Positions 40,176 to 50,896 of a stretch of 64,000 nucleotides of DNA are shown here, piece by piece (the first letter of the stretch is position 1; each line of letters opens with the position of its first letter). Made by a program: the position numbers and the translations under genes. Under the pieces are notes generated by a model. That model searched no databases, was not told the origin of the DNA, and worked only from the letters and a program-made list of their open reading frames with translations. This stretch comes from an uncultured Planctomycetia bacterium (GTDB taxonomy: Bacteria; Omnitrophota; Gorgyraeia; 1-14-0-20-64-10): contig CAZQXN010000008.1 in the NCBI GenBank assembly GCA_964597545.1, forward strand, positions 733-64,732. Direction: 5' to 3'.

Positions 40176-43100
40176 ATGGCTAAAAACGGCGCCGATTTTG
40201 TCCACTTGCACGTCCACAGCGAGTATTCGCTTTTGGACGGGGCCTGCAGGATTGCGGAGCTGGTCAAGGCCGCCCGCCGCCATAAGATGCCGGCAGTGGC
40301 CCTCACCGATCACGGCAATATGTTTGGTGCGGTCCAGTTCTATGACGCCTGCGTCAAGGGCGGGGTCAAGCCGATCATCGGCACCGAAACCTACATTGCC
40401 CCGGGGTCTCGCCTGGATAAGGAATCCAAGGGCATCCAGGAGGCCTCCTTCCACCTGATCCTCCTGGCCAAGAATGAGGTGGGGTACCACAACCTCTTAA
40501 AGCTCAATTCCCTCGCCAACCTGGAGGGTTTCTACTACCGCCCCCGGATTGACAAGGAGATTCTTCGAAAATATTCGGAGGGACTCGTTTGCCTCTCCGG
40601 CTGCCTTCAGGGTGAGGTGAGCTACTGGTTTGCGCGGGGTGAGCAAGATAAGGCGGTGGCCGCGGCAGAGGCGATGGCCGACATCTTCCCGAAAGGGGAT
40701 TTCTACCTGGAGCTTCAAGATCACGGCATTCCCGAACAGCGCAAGATTATTCCCCCCATGCTGGCCCTGGCCAAGAAGATGAACCTGCCTGTGGTGGCCA
40801 GCAACGATCTGCATTACGTCGAACAAGCCGAAGCTCGAGCGCACGAGGCGCTTCTGTGCATCCAGACACAAACCACCTTAGACGACCCCAAGCGCTTTCG
40901 CTTTGAGGGGGATGAGTTTTACTTTAAGTCTCCTGATCAGATGAAGCAGCTTTTCTCCGAGGTGCCTGAGGCGGTTTTGGCGACGCGCGAGATCGCCGAC
41001 AAGTGCAACTTGGATCTTAAGTTCAACCAGATTCACCTGCCGCAGTTCCGTCCTCCGGATGGGAAAAGCCAGCAGGGCTATCTCAGGGAGCTGGTTGAAG
41101 CCGGTGTGGGTCGCCGTTACCCCAATGCTGCGCCCGCAGTCAAGGATCGGGTCGAGCGCGAGCTTTCCATCATCTCCAAGACCGGCTTTACCAGCTATTT
41201 CCTGGTGATCTGGGATGTGGTCCATCATGCCAAATCCCGCGGCATCTCCGTGGGACCCGGCCGAGGTTCGGCCGCTGGGTCGGTGGTCAGCTACTGCTTG
41301 GGGATTACAGACCTTGACCCCATCCAGCACAAATTGATCTTTGAGCGGTTCTTGAATCCCGAACGGATCTCCATGCCGGACATCGACATCGACTTCTGCT
41401 ATGAGCGGCGTCCCGAGGTGATCCAGTATGTTTCCGATAGATACGGCAAAGGCAATGTAGCGCACGTGATCACCTTCGGAACCATGCAGGCCAAGGCTGC
41501 GGTTCGGGATGTGGCCCGCGTCATGGGTTTCTCCTATCCTGAGGCCGATCGGATCGCGAAACTCATCCCATTTGAATTGGGCATGACCTTGAAGCGCGCC
41601 CTTGAAGTTTCCTCGGAGCTCAAGACCCTCTATGAGACCGACCCCCGCGTGACCCAGCTGATCGACACCTCCGGCGCCCTGGAGGGTTTGGTTCGGCATG
41701 CCTCCACGCATGCGGCTGGAGTGGTCATTGCCGACGGAGATTTGACCCACCACGTTCCCTTGATCAAGGGAACCGACGGGCAGATCACCACCGGCTACGA
41801 GATGGGGGGCGTGGAGAAGATTGGGCTCTTGAAGATGGATTTCTTAGGCTTAAGGACACTCACCGTCATCCATGAGAGCGAAAAGTTGGTTCAGGCCAGC
41901 AAGGATAAATCCTTCGACATTGAGACCATTCCGATGGATGACGCTGCAACCTACCAGATGCTCACCCGCGGGGATGCCACGGCGGTCTTCCAGCTGGAGT
42001 CCAGCGGCATGCGGGATCTGATGCGGCGCTTAAAGCCTGAGCGTTTTGACGACCTGGTGGCCCTGGTGGCCCTCTTTCGTCCCGGTCCTTTGGGTTCGGG
42101 CATGGTGGACGACTTCATTCGCAGGCGCCACGGTCAAATTCAGGTGCGCTATGATCATCCGACCCTGGAACCGGTCTTAAAGGATACCTACGGGGTTTGT
42201 GTCTATCAGGAGCAGGTCATGCAGATCGCCAACACCCTGGCCGGCTTTAGCATGGCACAGGCCGATGGACTGCGCCGGGCCATGGGCAAGAAAACCCCGG
42301 AGATTATGGAGAAGGCCAGGGAACAATTTATTACCGGCTGCATCAAAAACAGCGTCGAGCGCAGCCTGGCCCAGCAGATCTTCGACAAGATCGAATACTT
42401 TGCCGGGTATGCCTTCAACCGCTCCCATTCGGCTGCCTACGCTTTGATCGCTTACCGAACCGCATATCTCAAAGCCAACTTTCCGGTGGAGTTTATGACG
42501 GCTCTGCTCACCAGCGAACGGGACAACACCGATAAGATTGCCCAGTACGTTGAGGAAGCGCGCAGGATGGAGATTACGATCCTGCCGCCCGATGTCAATC
42601 GGAGCTTCTCCCGCTTTACTGTTGAAACCTGTCCTGGGTCGCCGGAAGCTGAAGGCCGCGGGGACGAAGCCATCCGTTATGGTTTAGCCGGCATCAAGAA
42701 TGTGGGGGAGAAGGCGATCGACTCGATCACCGAGGTCCGCCGCGACAAAGGAGAGTTTGTCAGCCTCGTTGATTTCTGTGAGCGGGTGGACAGCCGCCTG
42801 GTGAATCGCAAGGTGTTGGAATCCCTGATCAAGTGCGGCGCCTTCGATAGGCTTGAAGTCCATCGATCGCAATTGATGGCAATTCTCGACCAAGCCTTAG
42901 GGTTAGGCGGCAAGCGCGCCAAGGAAAAGAGCGGCGGCCAACTCTCCTTCTTTGATGTTTTCGGTAGCTCCGGCCAGTCCCCGGCTGAGAAGGTGGAACT
43001 GCCAAACTTGGAAGAGTGGCCCAAGGCGCAGTTGTTGGCCTTTGAGAAATCCCTGTTGGGTTTTTATCTGACTGGGCACCCCCTGGATGGCTACCGAGAT

Positions 43101-43661
43101 CTCCTGAAACTCTTCTCCACCGCAACCACCAACAGGTTGGATCGGCTTGACGATGGCGCGGATGTCACCTTAGGGGGAGTGGTCAGCCGCTTGAAGATGA
43201 CCACCACCAAACGGGGCAATGAGCAGATGGCGATTCTCTGGTTCGAAGATTTTGAGGGAACCGTCGAGGCGCTGGTTTTCCCTAAGTTGTTCCCCAGCGT
43301 TGAGATGCACCTTAAGCCAGACGCGATTGTCCTGCTCTCAGCCCGCATCTCCCTTCGCGAGGAGCGCCCCAAGCTCCTGGTGGAGGACCTGATCCCGCTC
43401 GAGGAGGCCTGGGGCCGTCGAGCCAAAGGGCTGCAGATTCGCCTGCGCCAGACTGTCGAACGCAACACCTTGCAGGAATTGAAGAAGGCGCTGACAACCC
43501 ATCCCGGTACGATGCCCGTGGAGCTTGCTGTTGCCAATGGCGGAAGCGGCTCAGTTCGGGTTGCGGTTGGCTCCACATTGAACGTCAAGCCCTCCTTAGA
43601 GTTACTGCAACACCTTGTTCAACTGGTGGGTTCCGACGCTATCGCTGTAAAGCGGCGCTAG
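40176..43661 (+). CDS. dnaE: DNA polymerase III alpha subunit
   Basis: PHP domain HLHVHSEYSLLDGA; polymerase core and OB-fold; 1161 aa. Confidence 0.97.
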   Translation: MAKNGADFVHLHVHSEYSLLDGACRIAELVKAARRHKMPAVALTDHGNMFGAVQFYDACVKGGVKPIIGTETYIAPGSRLDKESKGIQEASFHLILLAKNEVGYHNLLKLNSLANLEGFYYRPRIDKEILRKYSEGLVCLSGCLQGEVSYWFARGEQDKAVAAAEAMADIFPKGDFYLELQDHGIPEQRKIIPPMLALAKKMNLPVVASNDLHYVEQAEARAHEALLCIQTQTTLDDPKRFRFEGDEFYFKSPDQMKQLFSEVPEAVLATREIADKCNLDLKFNQIHLPQFRPPDGKSQQGYLRELVEAGVGRRYPNAAPAVKDRVERELSIISKTGFTSYFLVIWDVVHHAKSRGISVGPGRGSAAGSVVSYCLGITDLDPIQHKLIFERFLNPERISMPDIDIDFCYERRPEVIQYVSDRYGKGNVAHVITFGTMQAKAAVRDVARVMGFSYPEADRIAKLIPFELGMTLKRALEVSSELKTLYETDPRVTQLIDTSGALEGLVRHASTHAAGVVIADGDLTHHVPLIKGTDGQITTGYEMGGVEKIGLLKMDFLGLRTLTVIHESEKLVQASKDKSFDIETIPMDDAATYQMLTRGDATAVFQLESSGMRDLMRRLKPERFDDLVALVALFRPGPLGSGMVDDFIRRRHGQIQVRYDHPTLEPVLKDTYGVCVYQEQVMQIANTLAGFSMAQADGLRRAMGKKTPEIMEKAREQFITGCIKNSVERSLAQQIFDKIEYFAGYAFNRSHSAAYALIAYRTAYLKANFPVEFMTALLTSERDNTDKIAQYVEEARRMEITILPPDVNRSFSRFTVETCPGSPEAEGRGDEAIRYGLAGIKNVGEKAIDSITEVRRDKGEFVSLVDFCERVDSRLVNRKVLESLIKCGAFDRLEVHRSQLMAILDQALGLGGKRAKEKSGGQLSFFDVFGSSGQSPAEKVELPNLEEWPKAQLLAFEKSLLGFYLTGHPLDGYRDLLKLFSTATTNRLDRLDDGADVTLGGVVSRLKMTTTKRGNEQMAILWFEDFEGTVEALVFPKLFPSVEMHLKPDAIVLLSARISLREERPKLLVEDLIPLEEAWGRRAKGLQIRLRQTVERNTLQELKKALTTHPGTMPVELAVANGGSGSVRVAVGSTLNVKPSLELLQHLVQLVGSDAIAVKRR

Positions 43662-43671
43662 GGGACCGCTA

Positions 43672-43727
43672 GGGGACGGTCCATTCTGGGACACACCAGC
43701 TAGACTGTCCCTAAATGGACCGTCCCC
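43672..43727 (+). terminator. long nested stem-loop after dnaE, terminator-like
   Basis: ggggacggtccatt...aatggaccgtcccc (14-bp stem) with an inner GGGACA/TGTCCC hairpin, followed by ttctct. Confidence 0.5.
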
Positions 43728-43883
43728 TTCTCTGCTTGACTTTCCAGTATCCTTGTTCGACAATGAATTGTTGTATCATTCTGGCTTTCCAGGTGTTACG
43801 ACAATTTTCAGCGCGGTGCCGGCCACCCCGATAGGTTAGCGCCGGAATCAACAAGAGCTTATTGGCAGGAGGTAAACAAGCAG

Positions 43884-44156
43884 ATGACGAAGAAAGATAT
43901 CGTCCTGAAGGTGGCGTCAGAGAGCGGTTTAAAGCAATTGGACGTCAAACGCGTTGTTCAGAAAACCTTGGATGCCATCGTGGAAGCCCTTGCGCGGGGA
44001 GAGACAGTGGAATTGCGCAATTTTGGGATCTTCAAGGTCAAATCCCGCAAGGGGCGAACCGGGCGTAACCCCCGGACCGGCCAGAAGGTTCCTGTTCCCC
44101 CGAAGCGGGTTGTGGCCTTCAAGCCTGGCTTGGTGATGAAGCGGGATATCCGCTGA
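43884..44156 (+). CDS. HU/IHF-family DNA-binding protein
   Basis: 90 aa; ELRNFGIFKVKSRKGRTGRNPRTGQKVPVPPKRVVAFKPG (beta-arm); GGAGG RBS. Confidence 0.85.
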   Translation: MTKKDIVLKVASESGLKQLDVKRVVQKTLDAIVEALARGETVELRNFGIFKVKSRKGRTGRNPRTGQKVPVPPKRVVAFKPGLVMKRDIR

Positions 44157-44231
44157 TTCCCAAATCCAAACAAGTTCGGAACACCCTTTCCATAACATTC
44201 CTTTCAATAGATAGTTGCGATCGCTAATCGA

Positions 44232-45512
44232 ATGAGCCCACTTAAAGCGCTGGGCGGCACAAGCGATATCCTCCCAGAGGAAGCAGAGCGCTGGCAGCAA
44301 CTGGAAGAAACTGCCCGGTCTCTCTTTTGCCTGTATGGGTTCCGGGAGGTCCGCACCCCCATCCTGGAGGAGGCGGAGCTGTTCCACCGCTCTCTCGGCG
44401 CCCACGCCGAAGTCGTCAACAAACAAATGTACGCATTTACCGATCGGGGCAACCGCCGCATTGCCCTGCGCCCGGAGGGAACCGCTCCGGTGGTTCGGGC
44501 ATTGATCGAGAAGGGGTTAGACAAGACCGGGGGACTGACCCGTTGGTATTACTTGGGCCCCATGTTCCGGGCTGAGCGCCCTCAGGCAGGGCGCCGCCGG
44601 CAATTCCACCAAATCGGCGTGGAGGTCTTTGGTTCTTCGGCCCCCTACCAGGATGCGGAAGTTATCCTCCTGCTGCGGGATCTGCTGATTCGGGTGGGGT
44701 TGACCGGTTTCCAGATTAAGCTCAACTCCTTAGGCTGCAGGGCGGACCGGGCAGCCATGGTCAAACAGATTGTTGCCACCTTTACGCCGATGAAGAGCAC
44801 GCTGTGCGGCGATTGTCAGAGTCGCCTTAACAATAACCCCCTGCGGATCTTAGACTGCAAAGATGCTGCCTGCGCTTCCCAGAAACAGAGAGTGGATGTC
44901 AGCCAATCGGTCTGCGGCGACTGCCGCGAGCACTTCACTGCTGTACTGGAGGGGTTGTCTGCCGCAGGGCTTGAAGAAAAGAAGGATTACCTGCTGGACC
45001 GATCGCTGGTTCGGGGGCTCGACTATTACACGAAAACTGCTTTCGAAGTGGTTCACCCAGATCTCGGCGCCCAGAACGCGTTGGGCGGGGGAGGGCGCTA
45101 CGATGATTTGGTCGGCGGCCTGGGTGGAAGCAAGGCCACTGCATCCATCGGCTGGGCCATTGGGGTGGAGCGGATTCTCATGGTCTTGCAGGCTCAGTCC
45201 AAGACCGCTGTGCCGCAGACGGGTCCGCAGGTGTATGTGGCGGCAATCGGCAAGGAATCCCTGCCAGAGGGATTTCGTCTCTTGAATACGCTACGCGCTG
45301 CCGGCATCCGAGGGATTGCTGATTATGAGTCCCGCCCTCTCAAGCGCCAGCTGGAGCAGGCCAATAAACTGGGCTGCCGCCTGGTCATCATGCTGGGGGA
45401 TACCGAGCGGGCCGAGCAGGCTGTGACCCTCAAGAATCTTACCAGCGGCCAACAGGAGAAGGTAAAGCGCTCGGTCTTATTGGAGCGGATTAAGCAGGAT
45501 CTTCAGTCATGA
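44232..45512 (+). CDS. hisS: histidyl-tRNA synthetase
   Basis: class II motifs: GFREVRTPILE, FRAERPQAGRRRQFHQ, GGGRYD; C-terminal anticodon-binding domain. Confidence 0.95.
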   Translation: MSPLKALGGTSDILPEEAERWQQLEETARSLFCLYGFREVRTPILEEAELFHRSLGAHAEVVNKQMYAFTDRGNRRIALRPEGTAPVVRALIEKGLDKTGGLTRWYYLGPMFRAERPQAGRRRQFHQIGVEVFGSSAPYQDAEVILLLRDLLIRVGLTGFQIKLNSLGCRADRAAMVKQIVATFTPMKSTLCGDCQSRLNNNPLRILDCKDAACASQKQRVDVSQSVCGDCREHFTAVLEGLSAAGLEEKKDYLLDRSLVRGLDYYTKTAFEVVHPDLGAQNALGGGGRYDDLVGGLGGSKATASIGWAIGVERILMVLQAQSKTAVPQTGPQVYVAAIGKESLPEGFRLLNTLRAAGIRGIADYESRPLKRQLEQANKLGCRLVIMLGDTERAEQAVTLKNLTSGQQEKVKRSVLLERIKQDLQS

Positions 45513-45624
45513 CCCCACCACCTGACTTAGCCCCCATGGGGCTGTCGAATGAGAGATTCGACCCGTCTTGGGCGGGTCAGTTGCAAGGGATGCATCTGCC
45601 CAAGACGGAAAGGCAGGTGGTGGG

Positions 45625-47406
45625 GTGACACAGCGCACCCATACCTGCGGGGAGCTTAACCCCAAAGCAGAGAAGAAGACCGTCACCCTTTTGGGCTGGG
45701 TTCACCGGCGCAGAGACCATGGGGGACTTGTCTTCATTGACCTGAGAGATCGCTGGGGGTTAACCCAGGTGGTCTTCAGCCCCGAGGAGGACAAAGCCCT
45801 TCATCAGCAGGCCGAGGGCTTAAGACCCGAGTTCTGCGTGGCCGTCAAAGGCCAGGTGCGGCTGCGCCCCAAAGGAACAGAGAATCCGAAGCTCGCAACT
45901 GGCATGATTGAGGTGGTCTCCCAGTCGCTCGAGATTCTCAATGAGAGTGCCACGCCGCCCTTTGAGGTGGATGAGGAAAAGGAGCAGTCAGAGGAGCTGC
46001 GCTTTGGCTACCGCTATCTGGATTTGCGGCGGCCTTCGCAGACAAAACATCTGATCTGCCGGCATCAAGTGATTCGCGTGATCCGTGAGGTGCTCGACCG
46101 CGAAGCGTTCCTGGAGATCGAGACACCGGTTTTAACCAAGTCGACCCCGGAGGGCGCGCGCGATTACCTGGTTCCCAGCCGCTTGAATCCCGGCAAGTTC
46201 TATGCCCTTCCGCAGTCTCCTCAGCTGTACAAGCAGTTGTTAATGGTGGCCGGTGTGGACCGCTACTACCAGATTGCCCGCTGCTTCCGGGATGAAGACC
46301 TCAGAGCCGACCGCCAACCGGAGTTTACCCAGCTGGATTTGGAGATGTCCTTTGTGGATGAAGAAGGGATCTTCACCCTGATGGAGAAGCTCTTCAAAGC
46401 GATCTGGAAGCAGGTGTTGGGTCAGGATCTTAAAACACCCTTTCCGCGGCTGACCTATGCCGAATGCATGGAGCGCTTTGGCACCGATAAACCGGATTTG
46501 CGCTATGCCATGACGCTGACCGATTTGACCTCGCTTTTCTCAGGCACGAACTTCAAGCGGTTCCAGCAGGTGATCTCCGACGGCGGCGTTATTCGCGGAT
46601 TGGCCGCGCCGGGCGGGGCGGATTTAAGCGCCAAGGAGACAGAGGACTTGATTGCCTTGGCCCAAGCGCAGGGTGCCAAAGGGATGGTGCCGGTGTGCGT
46701 GACCGATCAGGGTCTTGTCTCACCGGTTGCCAAGCACCTGGAGGCCTCACTGCTTGATGAGACCGTCAAGACCCTCAAGGGCAAGAAGGGGGATCTTATC
46801 CTCTTAGTGGCAGACAGCCCCCGTACGGCCTCCGCAGCCCTCGGTGCGGTGCGATCTGTTTTGGCTGAGCGCCTGCGCTTGATTCCAGAGAAGCAGTTCT
46901 CTTTTACCTGGATTACCGGCTTTCCTCTGTTTCAGCGCAACACAACTGAGAACCGCTGGGATTCAGAGCACCATCCCTTTACCGCGCCCTTTGATGAGGA
47001 CCTCTCTTTCTTAGAGAGCGATCCAGGCCGCGTGCGGGCCCGATCCTATGATCTGGTACTCAACGGCATGGAGTTGGGCTCCGGCTCGATCCGAATCCAT
47101 CACAGAGAAACCCAAGAAGCGATCTTTCGCATCCTGGCGCTCGATCCCCAAGAGGTACAGGCGCGCTTTGGTTTTCTATTGGATGCCTTCCGGTACGGCG
47201 CCCCGCCGCACGGCGGGATCGCCCCGGGCATTGACCGCTTGATTGCGCTGATCACCGGGGCCGAATCCATTCGGGAGGTGATTGCCTTTCCCAAGACCCA
47301 AAAGGGTGTCGACTTGATGATGAAGGCTCCGGATCAAGTTTCAGAACGGCAGCTCAAAGAACTTGGCATCAACTTGAAATCGATTCAACCCCCGTCAGGA
47401 GCTTAA
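45625..47406 (+). CDS. aspS: aspartyl-tRNA synthetase
   Basis: RTHTCGELN N-terminus (GTG start after an AGGTGG RBS), OB-fold, class II motifs FRDEDLRADRQPEFTQLD, GGIAPGIDRL. Confidence 0.9.
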   Translation: MTQRTHTCGELNPKAEKKTVTLLGWVHRRRDHGGLVFIDLRDRWGLTQVVFSPEEDKALHQQAEGLRPEFCVAVKGQVRLRPKGTENPKLATGMIEVVSQSLEILNESATPPFEVDEEKEQSEELRFGYRYLDLRRPSQTKHLICRHQVIRVIREVLDREAFLEIETPVLTKSTPEGARDYLVPSRLNPGKFYALPQSPQLYKQLLMVAGVDRYYQIARCFRDEDLRADRQPEFTQLDLEMSFVDEEGIFTLMEKLFKAIWKQVLGQDLKTPFPRLTYAECMERFGTDKPDLRYAMTLTDLTSLFSGTNFKRFQQVISDGGVIRGLAAPGGADLSAKETEDLIALAQAQGAKGMVPVCVTDQGLVSPVAKHLEASLLDETVKTLKGKKGDLILLVADSPRTASAALGAVRSVLAERLRLIPEKQFSFTWITGFPLFQRNTTENRWDSEHHPFTAPFDEDLSFLESDPGRVRARSYDLVLNGMELGSGSIRIHHRETQEAIFRILALDPQEVQARFGFLLDAFRYGAPPHGGIAPGIDRLIALITGAESIREVIAFPKTQKGVDLMMKAPDQVSERQLKELGINLKSIQPPSGA

Positions 47407-47516
47407 AGGATGATGAGATCCCTCGCCCGGAAAGCGGGCTCGGGATTCAATTCGCACAGCAACTTATGTCACGCGCAACTTGCTCCATAAGTTGCGTGCT
47501 CATTGAAGGAGGACTC

Positions 47517-48104
47517 ATGAAAAACCGTCTCTTACTCACTCTCGGTATTCCCCTGGCGTTTCTCAACACGGGATGCGCTCGCATTACGACTCAGGTGGTA
47601 GAGAAGCCCCGCGTCGATCAGGAACTGATGGGCAACCGGGGCACGTTAAGCGGTTCGGCTCCCGAGGTGGGACCCCGCAAGACAACCCGCAAGATGTTCC
47701 AGATCGATGTGGATCTTGCAACCGTTGACGAGATGAACCCTTGGCGTCCTGCCGAGGAAGAGGAGGCTGCCTCGGCAGTCCCGCAGAGGGACGAGGCTCC
47801 AGAAGAACTTAAGCATAAGGGGGCTGAAACCGACGAGGACATGACCATCTTAATGCCGGAGCCCGAGCCGATGCCCGAGCCCATGGTGGAGCCCGAGCCT
47901 GAACTGATCACCTACACGGTCAAGAAGGGCGACACCTTAGAAAAAATCGCAGAACACGTCTATGGGGATGCCCGGCAGTGGCGCCCGATCTACGAAGTCA
48001 ACCGGGACCAACTGTCCTCTCCGGATCGAGTCTATGAGGGGCAGGAGCTGCTCATCCCACCGGGCAAGGCGGCGTTTCCCGAAGAAGCTCCGGAGATCAA
48101 ATAA
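47517..48104 (+). CDS. LysM-domain lipoprotein with acidic Pro/Glu-rich linker
   Basis: lipobox LNTGC; PEPEPMPEPMVEPEPE low-complexity tract; C-terminal LysM YTVKKGDTLEKIAEHVYGD...YEGQELLIP. Confidence 0.8.
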   Translation: MKNRLLLTLGIPLAFLNTGCARITTQVVEKPRVDQELMGNRGTLSGSAPEVGPRKTTRKMFQIDVDLATVDEMNPWRPAEEEEAASAVPQRDEAPEELKHKGAETDEDMTILMPEPEPMPEPMVEPEPELITYTVKKGDTLEKIAEHVYGDARQWRPIYEVNRDQLSSPDRVYEGQELLIPPGKAAFPEEAPEIK

Positions 48105-48110
48105 CCCAGA

Positions 48111-49061
48111 ATGGAGCGCACCTTTCACTTAGCGTCAGACCACGAGGCCGCCACCCTTTACGGCCTGCACGATGAGCACCTCAAGCTCATCGAGGCGGAG
48201 TTTGGCGTCAAGACGGTAGCACGCGGTCAGGAAATGACACTCTCCGGCGATCAAAAGTCGGTTGAAAGCGCTTCTGCCCTGGTGCAGCAGCTCTTGAACA
48301 TCATTCGAGGGGGCAATTACCTCCGCCGGCATGAAGTGGTGTATGCCATCCGGGCGATGTCAGAGCAGAAGGACTTAGACTTAAAGCCCATCTACACCGA
48401 CAAGATCGAGGTCTTCTCCAAGCGGCAGTTTGTCACCCCCAAAACCGCCGGACAGAAGGATTACATCGATGCCATCCGAAGGCATGACATTGTCTTTGCG
48501 ACGGGTGTGGCGGGAACCGGCAAAAGCTATTTGGCCATGGCCATGGCGGTCAACGCCCTCAAGCGCCAGGAGGTTTCCCGGATTATCTTGACCCGACCGG
48601 CGGTGGAAGCCGGCGAGTCACTGGGATTTTTGCCGGGCACCTTTGAGGAGAAGGTGAATCCGTATCTGCGTCCCCTCTACGATGCCCTGTATGATTTGAT
48701 GGATGTCGACCGAATTCAGAAGAACCTTGAGAAGGGGATCCTGGAGGTTGCTCCCTTGGCGTACATGCGGGGCCGGACCTTGAACGACTCCTTTGTTGTT
48801 TTGGATGAAGCCCAGAACTGTACGCCCGAGCAGATGAAGATGTTCTTGACCCGGCTCGGCTTTGACTCCAAAACCGTGATTACCGGCGACATCACGCAGT
48901 CCGACCTGCCCCAGGGCAAGGTCTCCGGATTGGACCATGCTCGGGAGATCCTTAAAGGGATTTCGGGCATTTCCTTTGTGGAGTTGGCCGACAGCGATGT
49001 GGTGCGCCACGAGCTGGTCCAGAGGATTGTCCGGGCCTACGAGAAAAACGACACGGCTTGA
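48111..49061 (+). CDS. phoH: PhoH-like ATPase
   Basis: FATGVAGTGKSYLA Walker A; PhoH family; 316 aa. Confidence 0.9.
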   Translation: MERTFHLASDHEAATLYGLHDEHLKLIEAEFGVKTVARGQEMTLSGDQKSVESASALVQQLLNIIRGGNYLRRHEVVYAIRAMSEQKDLDLKPIYTDKIEVFSKRQFVTPKTAGQKDYIDAIRRHDIVFATGVAGTGKSYLAMAMAVNALKRQEVSRIILTRPAVEAGESLGFLPGTFEEKVNPYLRPLYDALYDLMDVDRIQKNLEKGILEVAPLAYMRGRTLNDSFVVLDEAQNCTPEQMKMFLTRLGFDSKTVITGDITQSDLPQGKVSGLDHAREILKGISGISFVELADSDVVRHELVQRIVRAYEKNDTA

Positions 49062-49072
49062 ATGAGACTTCA

Positions 49073-49525
49073 ATGCCGGTAGAGCTGCTGAACGCCCAGC
49101 GGCGTGTGCGTTTGGATACACGGCGGTTGAAGCGTCAAGCCCGGTCTTTGCTGGAGGCAGCTGGCTTGGAGCGACAGTTCCTCTCGGTTTTGCTGACGGA
49201 CGATCGCCGCATGGCCCAGGCGCATGAGCGCTGGATGGGAGAGAAGGGTTCTACAGATGTCCTCTCCTTTGCCATGAATGAGGGATCCCGGCGCAAGAGA
49301 CAGCGTCAAGGTGTCGCGCAAAAAGGGCCACCCGAAGTGCTGGGGGATATTGTGATTTCCGTGGAGACAGCGGCACGGTGCCGTCCCAAAGATGTTGATG
49401 GAGAGGCATTTCGGTATCTCCTGCACGGGCTGCTGCATTTGATGGGCCATGATCACCGTTCTCGGGCTGAGAGGCTCCGCATGGATCGAGCGGGTCGACG
49501 CCTCACAAAGGGAGTAACGCCATGA
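49073..49525 (+). CDS. ybeY: rRNA maturation endoribonuclease YbeY
   Basis: HGLLHLMGHDH zinc-binding motif. Confidence 0.85.
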   Translation: MPVELLNAQRRVRLDTRRLKRQARSLLEAAGLERQFLSVLLTDDRRMAQAHERWMGEKGSTDVLSFAMNEGSRRKRQRQGVAQKGPPEVLGDIVISVETAARCRPKDVDGEAFRYLLHGLLHLMGHDHRSRAERLRMDRAGRRLTKGVTP

Positions 49526-50190
49526 TTCGTGCTTTCTCGAAGAACTTTGCCGCAGGACTGCTCATCATCTTTCCGGCGATCCTGACAGTCGCAATCGTTC
49601 AAGCAGTTTTTCAATGGGTCTTCAGCTTTATCATTGATCCTCTGGCCAAGGTGCTGATTCCCGGCACCGCGCTTGAAACCCTTTTGGTGACCCGGCTGGG
49701 GGTTTTTGCGGGGTTTATCCTGGTGGTGTCATTGGTGGGATTTGCCACCCGGGCCCTGATCATTCGGCGCTTCCTCCATTTTGGAGAGGCACTCCTGCGC
49801 CGGGTGCCGATGGTCGGCAAGATCTACTGGACCATCCGGGAGATTGCCAATACCTTCAGGGGGGAGCGCAGGGGGGTATTCACCAACGTGGTACTGCTGG
49901 AGTGGCCCCGTCCTGGAATCTATGCCGTTGGTTTTGTCACCTCAAAGGGCCAAAAAGAGATTCAGGAGAAGACCGGCCAAGCCATCACCAATGTGTTTTT
50001 ACCCACCTCTCCCAACCCCACCTCGGGATATTTGATCATGGTTCCGGTGGATGCTTTGACCTTTCTGGAGATGTCTGTGGAGGATGGGATGCGCCTGGTG
50101 ATCTCCGGCGGGGTTTCTGGGCCGGAAGATCCCAAATTGGCTCACCCGCAGGGTGCTTCAGCGGATGCACCGCCCCAAGGAGGTCGCTAA
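49522..50190 (+). CDS. DUF502-family membrane protein
   Basis: N-terminal TM helices and conserved mid region typical of COG2928/DUF502; ATGA overlap with ybeY. Confidence 0.6.
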   Translation: MIRAFSKNFAAGLLIIFPAILTVAIVQAVFQWVFSFIIDPLAKVLIPGTALETLLVTRLGVFAGFILVVSLVGFATRALIIRRFLHFGEALLRRVPMVGKIYWTIREIANTFRGERRGVFTNVVLLEWPRPGIYAVGFVTSKGQKEIQEKTGQAITNVFLPTSPNPTSGYLIMVPVDALTFLEMSVEDGMRLVISGGVSGPEDPKLAHPQGASADAPPQGGR

Positions 50191-50194
50191 AGCG

Positions 50195-50896
50195 GTGCTC
50201 AAGACCCAGGGCATTCTTTTGAGGCGCCAGGAGATTCGTGAGACCAGCCTCATTGTGATTGCCTTCACGCGTGATCTGGGCAAGGTTCATGGATTGCTCA
50301 AGGGGGTTCGTGGAATGCAGGTGGCGGTCCCTTGGTATTTGGAGCCCTTGACCCTTCAGGCCATGGTGCTCTATGAGCGCAAGCGAACTGCTCTCTCACT
50401 GATTTCTCACTGCGATTTGCTGGATGGTTTTGATGGAATTCGCCGGGATTTTGCGCGCACTGCCTTTGCCCTTTTTTGTCTGGATTGGGTGGATGCCATG
50501 ACCGAGGTCAAAGATCCCCACCCTGAGATCTTTGATCTTCTGCTCAATACCCTTAAATCTCTGGAGGGGGGCGCTGAGCCTAAATCGATGGTTCGCTTCC
50601 TTGAGGTTCAGCTGCTGAAGGCCAGCGGTCTTCTCCCTCAACCGGAGAATCTGACACTCTCACCGGGTGCCCGCCTTTCTCTGAAGCAGATTCTTGAAAC
50701 ACCCTTAGCGCAAATGGATCGGTTGAGGCTTTCTCGTGCAGTGGAAGGAGAGATCAACACAATGACGCAGAATCTTCAGCGGCGTGCGGTAGGCCGAGAG
50801 CTCAAGAGCAGAACCTTTCTCCATCAGCTTGGATTGGAGGGCGCGGTCTCCGCAGCGCCTGCGCCTACTCGTGAGGTTGTCCATGCAGCGGCGTAG
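50195..50896 (+). CDS. recO: DNA repair protein RecO
   Basis: [39 protein letters not shown]-fold N-terminus; GTG 50195 with an AAGGAGG RBS; the ORF-track start 50153 is probably an extension. Confidence 0.8.
   Translation: MLKTQGILLRRQEIRETSLIVIAFTRDLGKVHGLLKGVRGMQVAVPWYLEPLTLQAMVLYERKRTALSLISHCDLLDGFDGIRRDFARTAFALFCLDWVDAMTEVKDPHPEIFDLLLNTLKSLEGGAEPKSMVRFLEVQLLKASGLLPQPENLTLSPGARLSLKQILETPLAQMDRLRLSRAVEGEINTMTQNLQRRAVGRELKSRTFLHQLGLEGAVSAAPAPTREVVHAAA

Noticed and set aside
40878-41753. 291-aa minus-strand ORF
   Set aside because: It is antisense to dnaE.
47420-47451. GC-rich hairpin after aspS (tcgcccggaaagcgggctcg)
   Set aside because: It is superficially similar to family-B repeats but lacks the shared ends and core, so it is probably a plain terminator-like hairpin.
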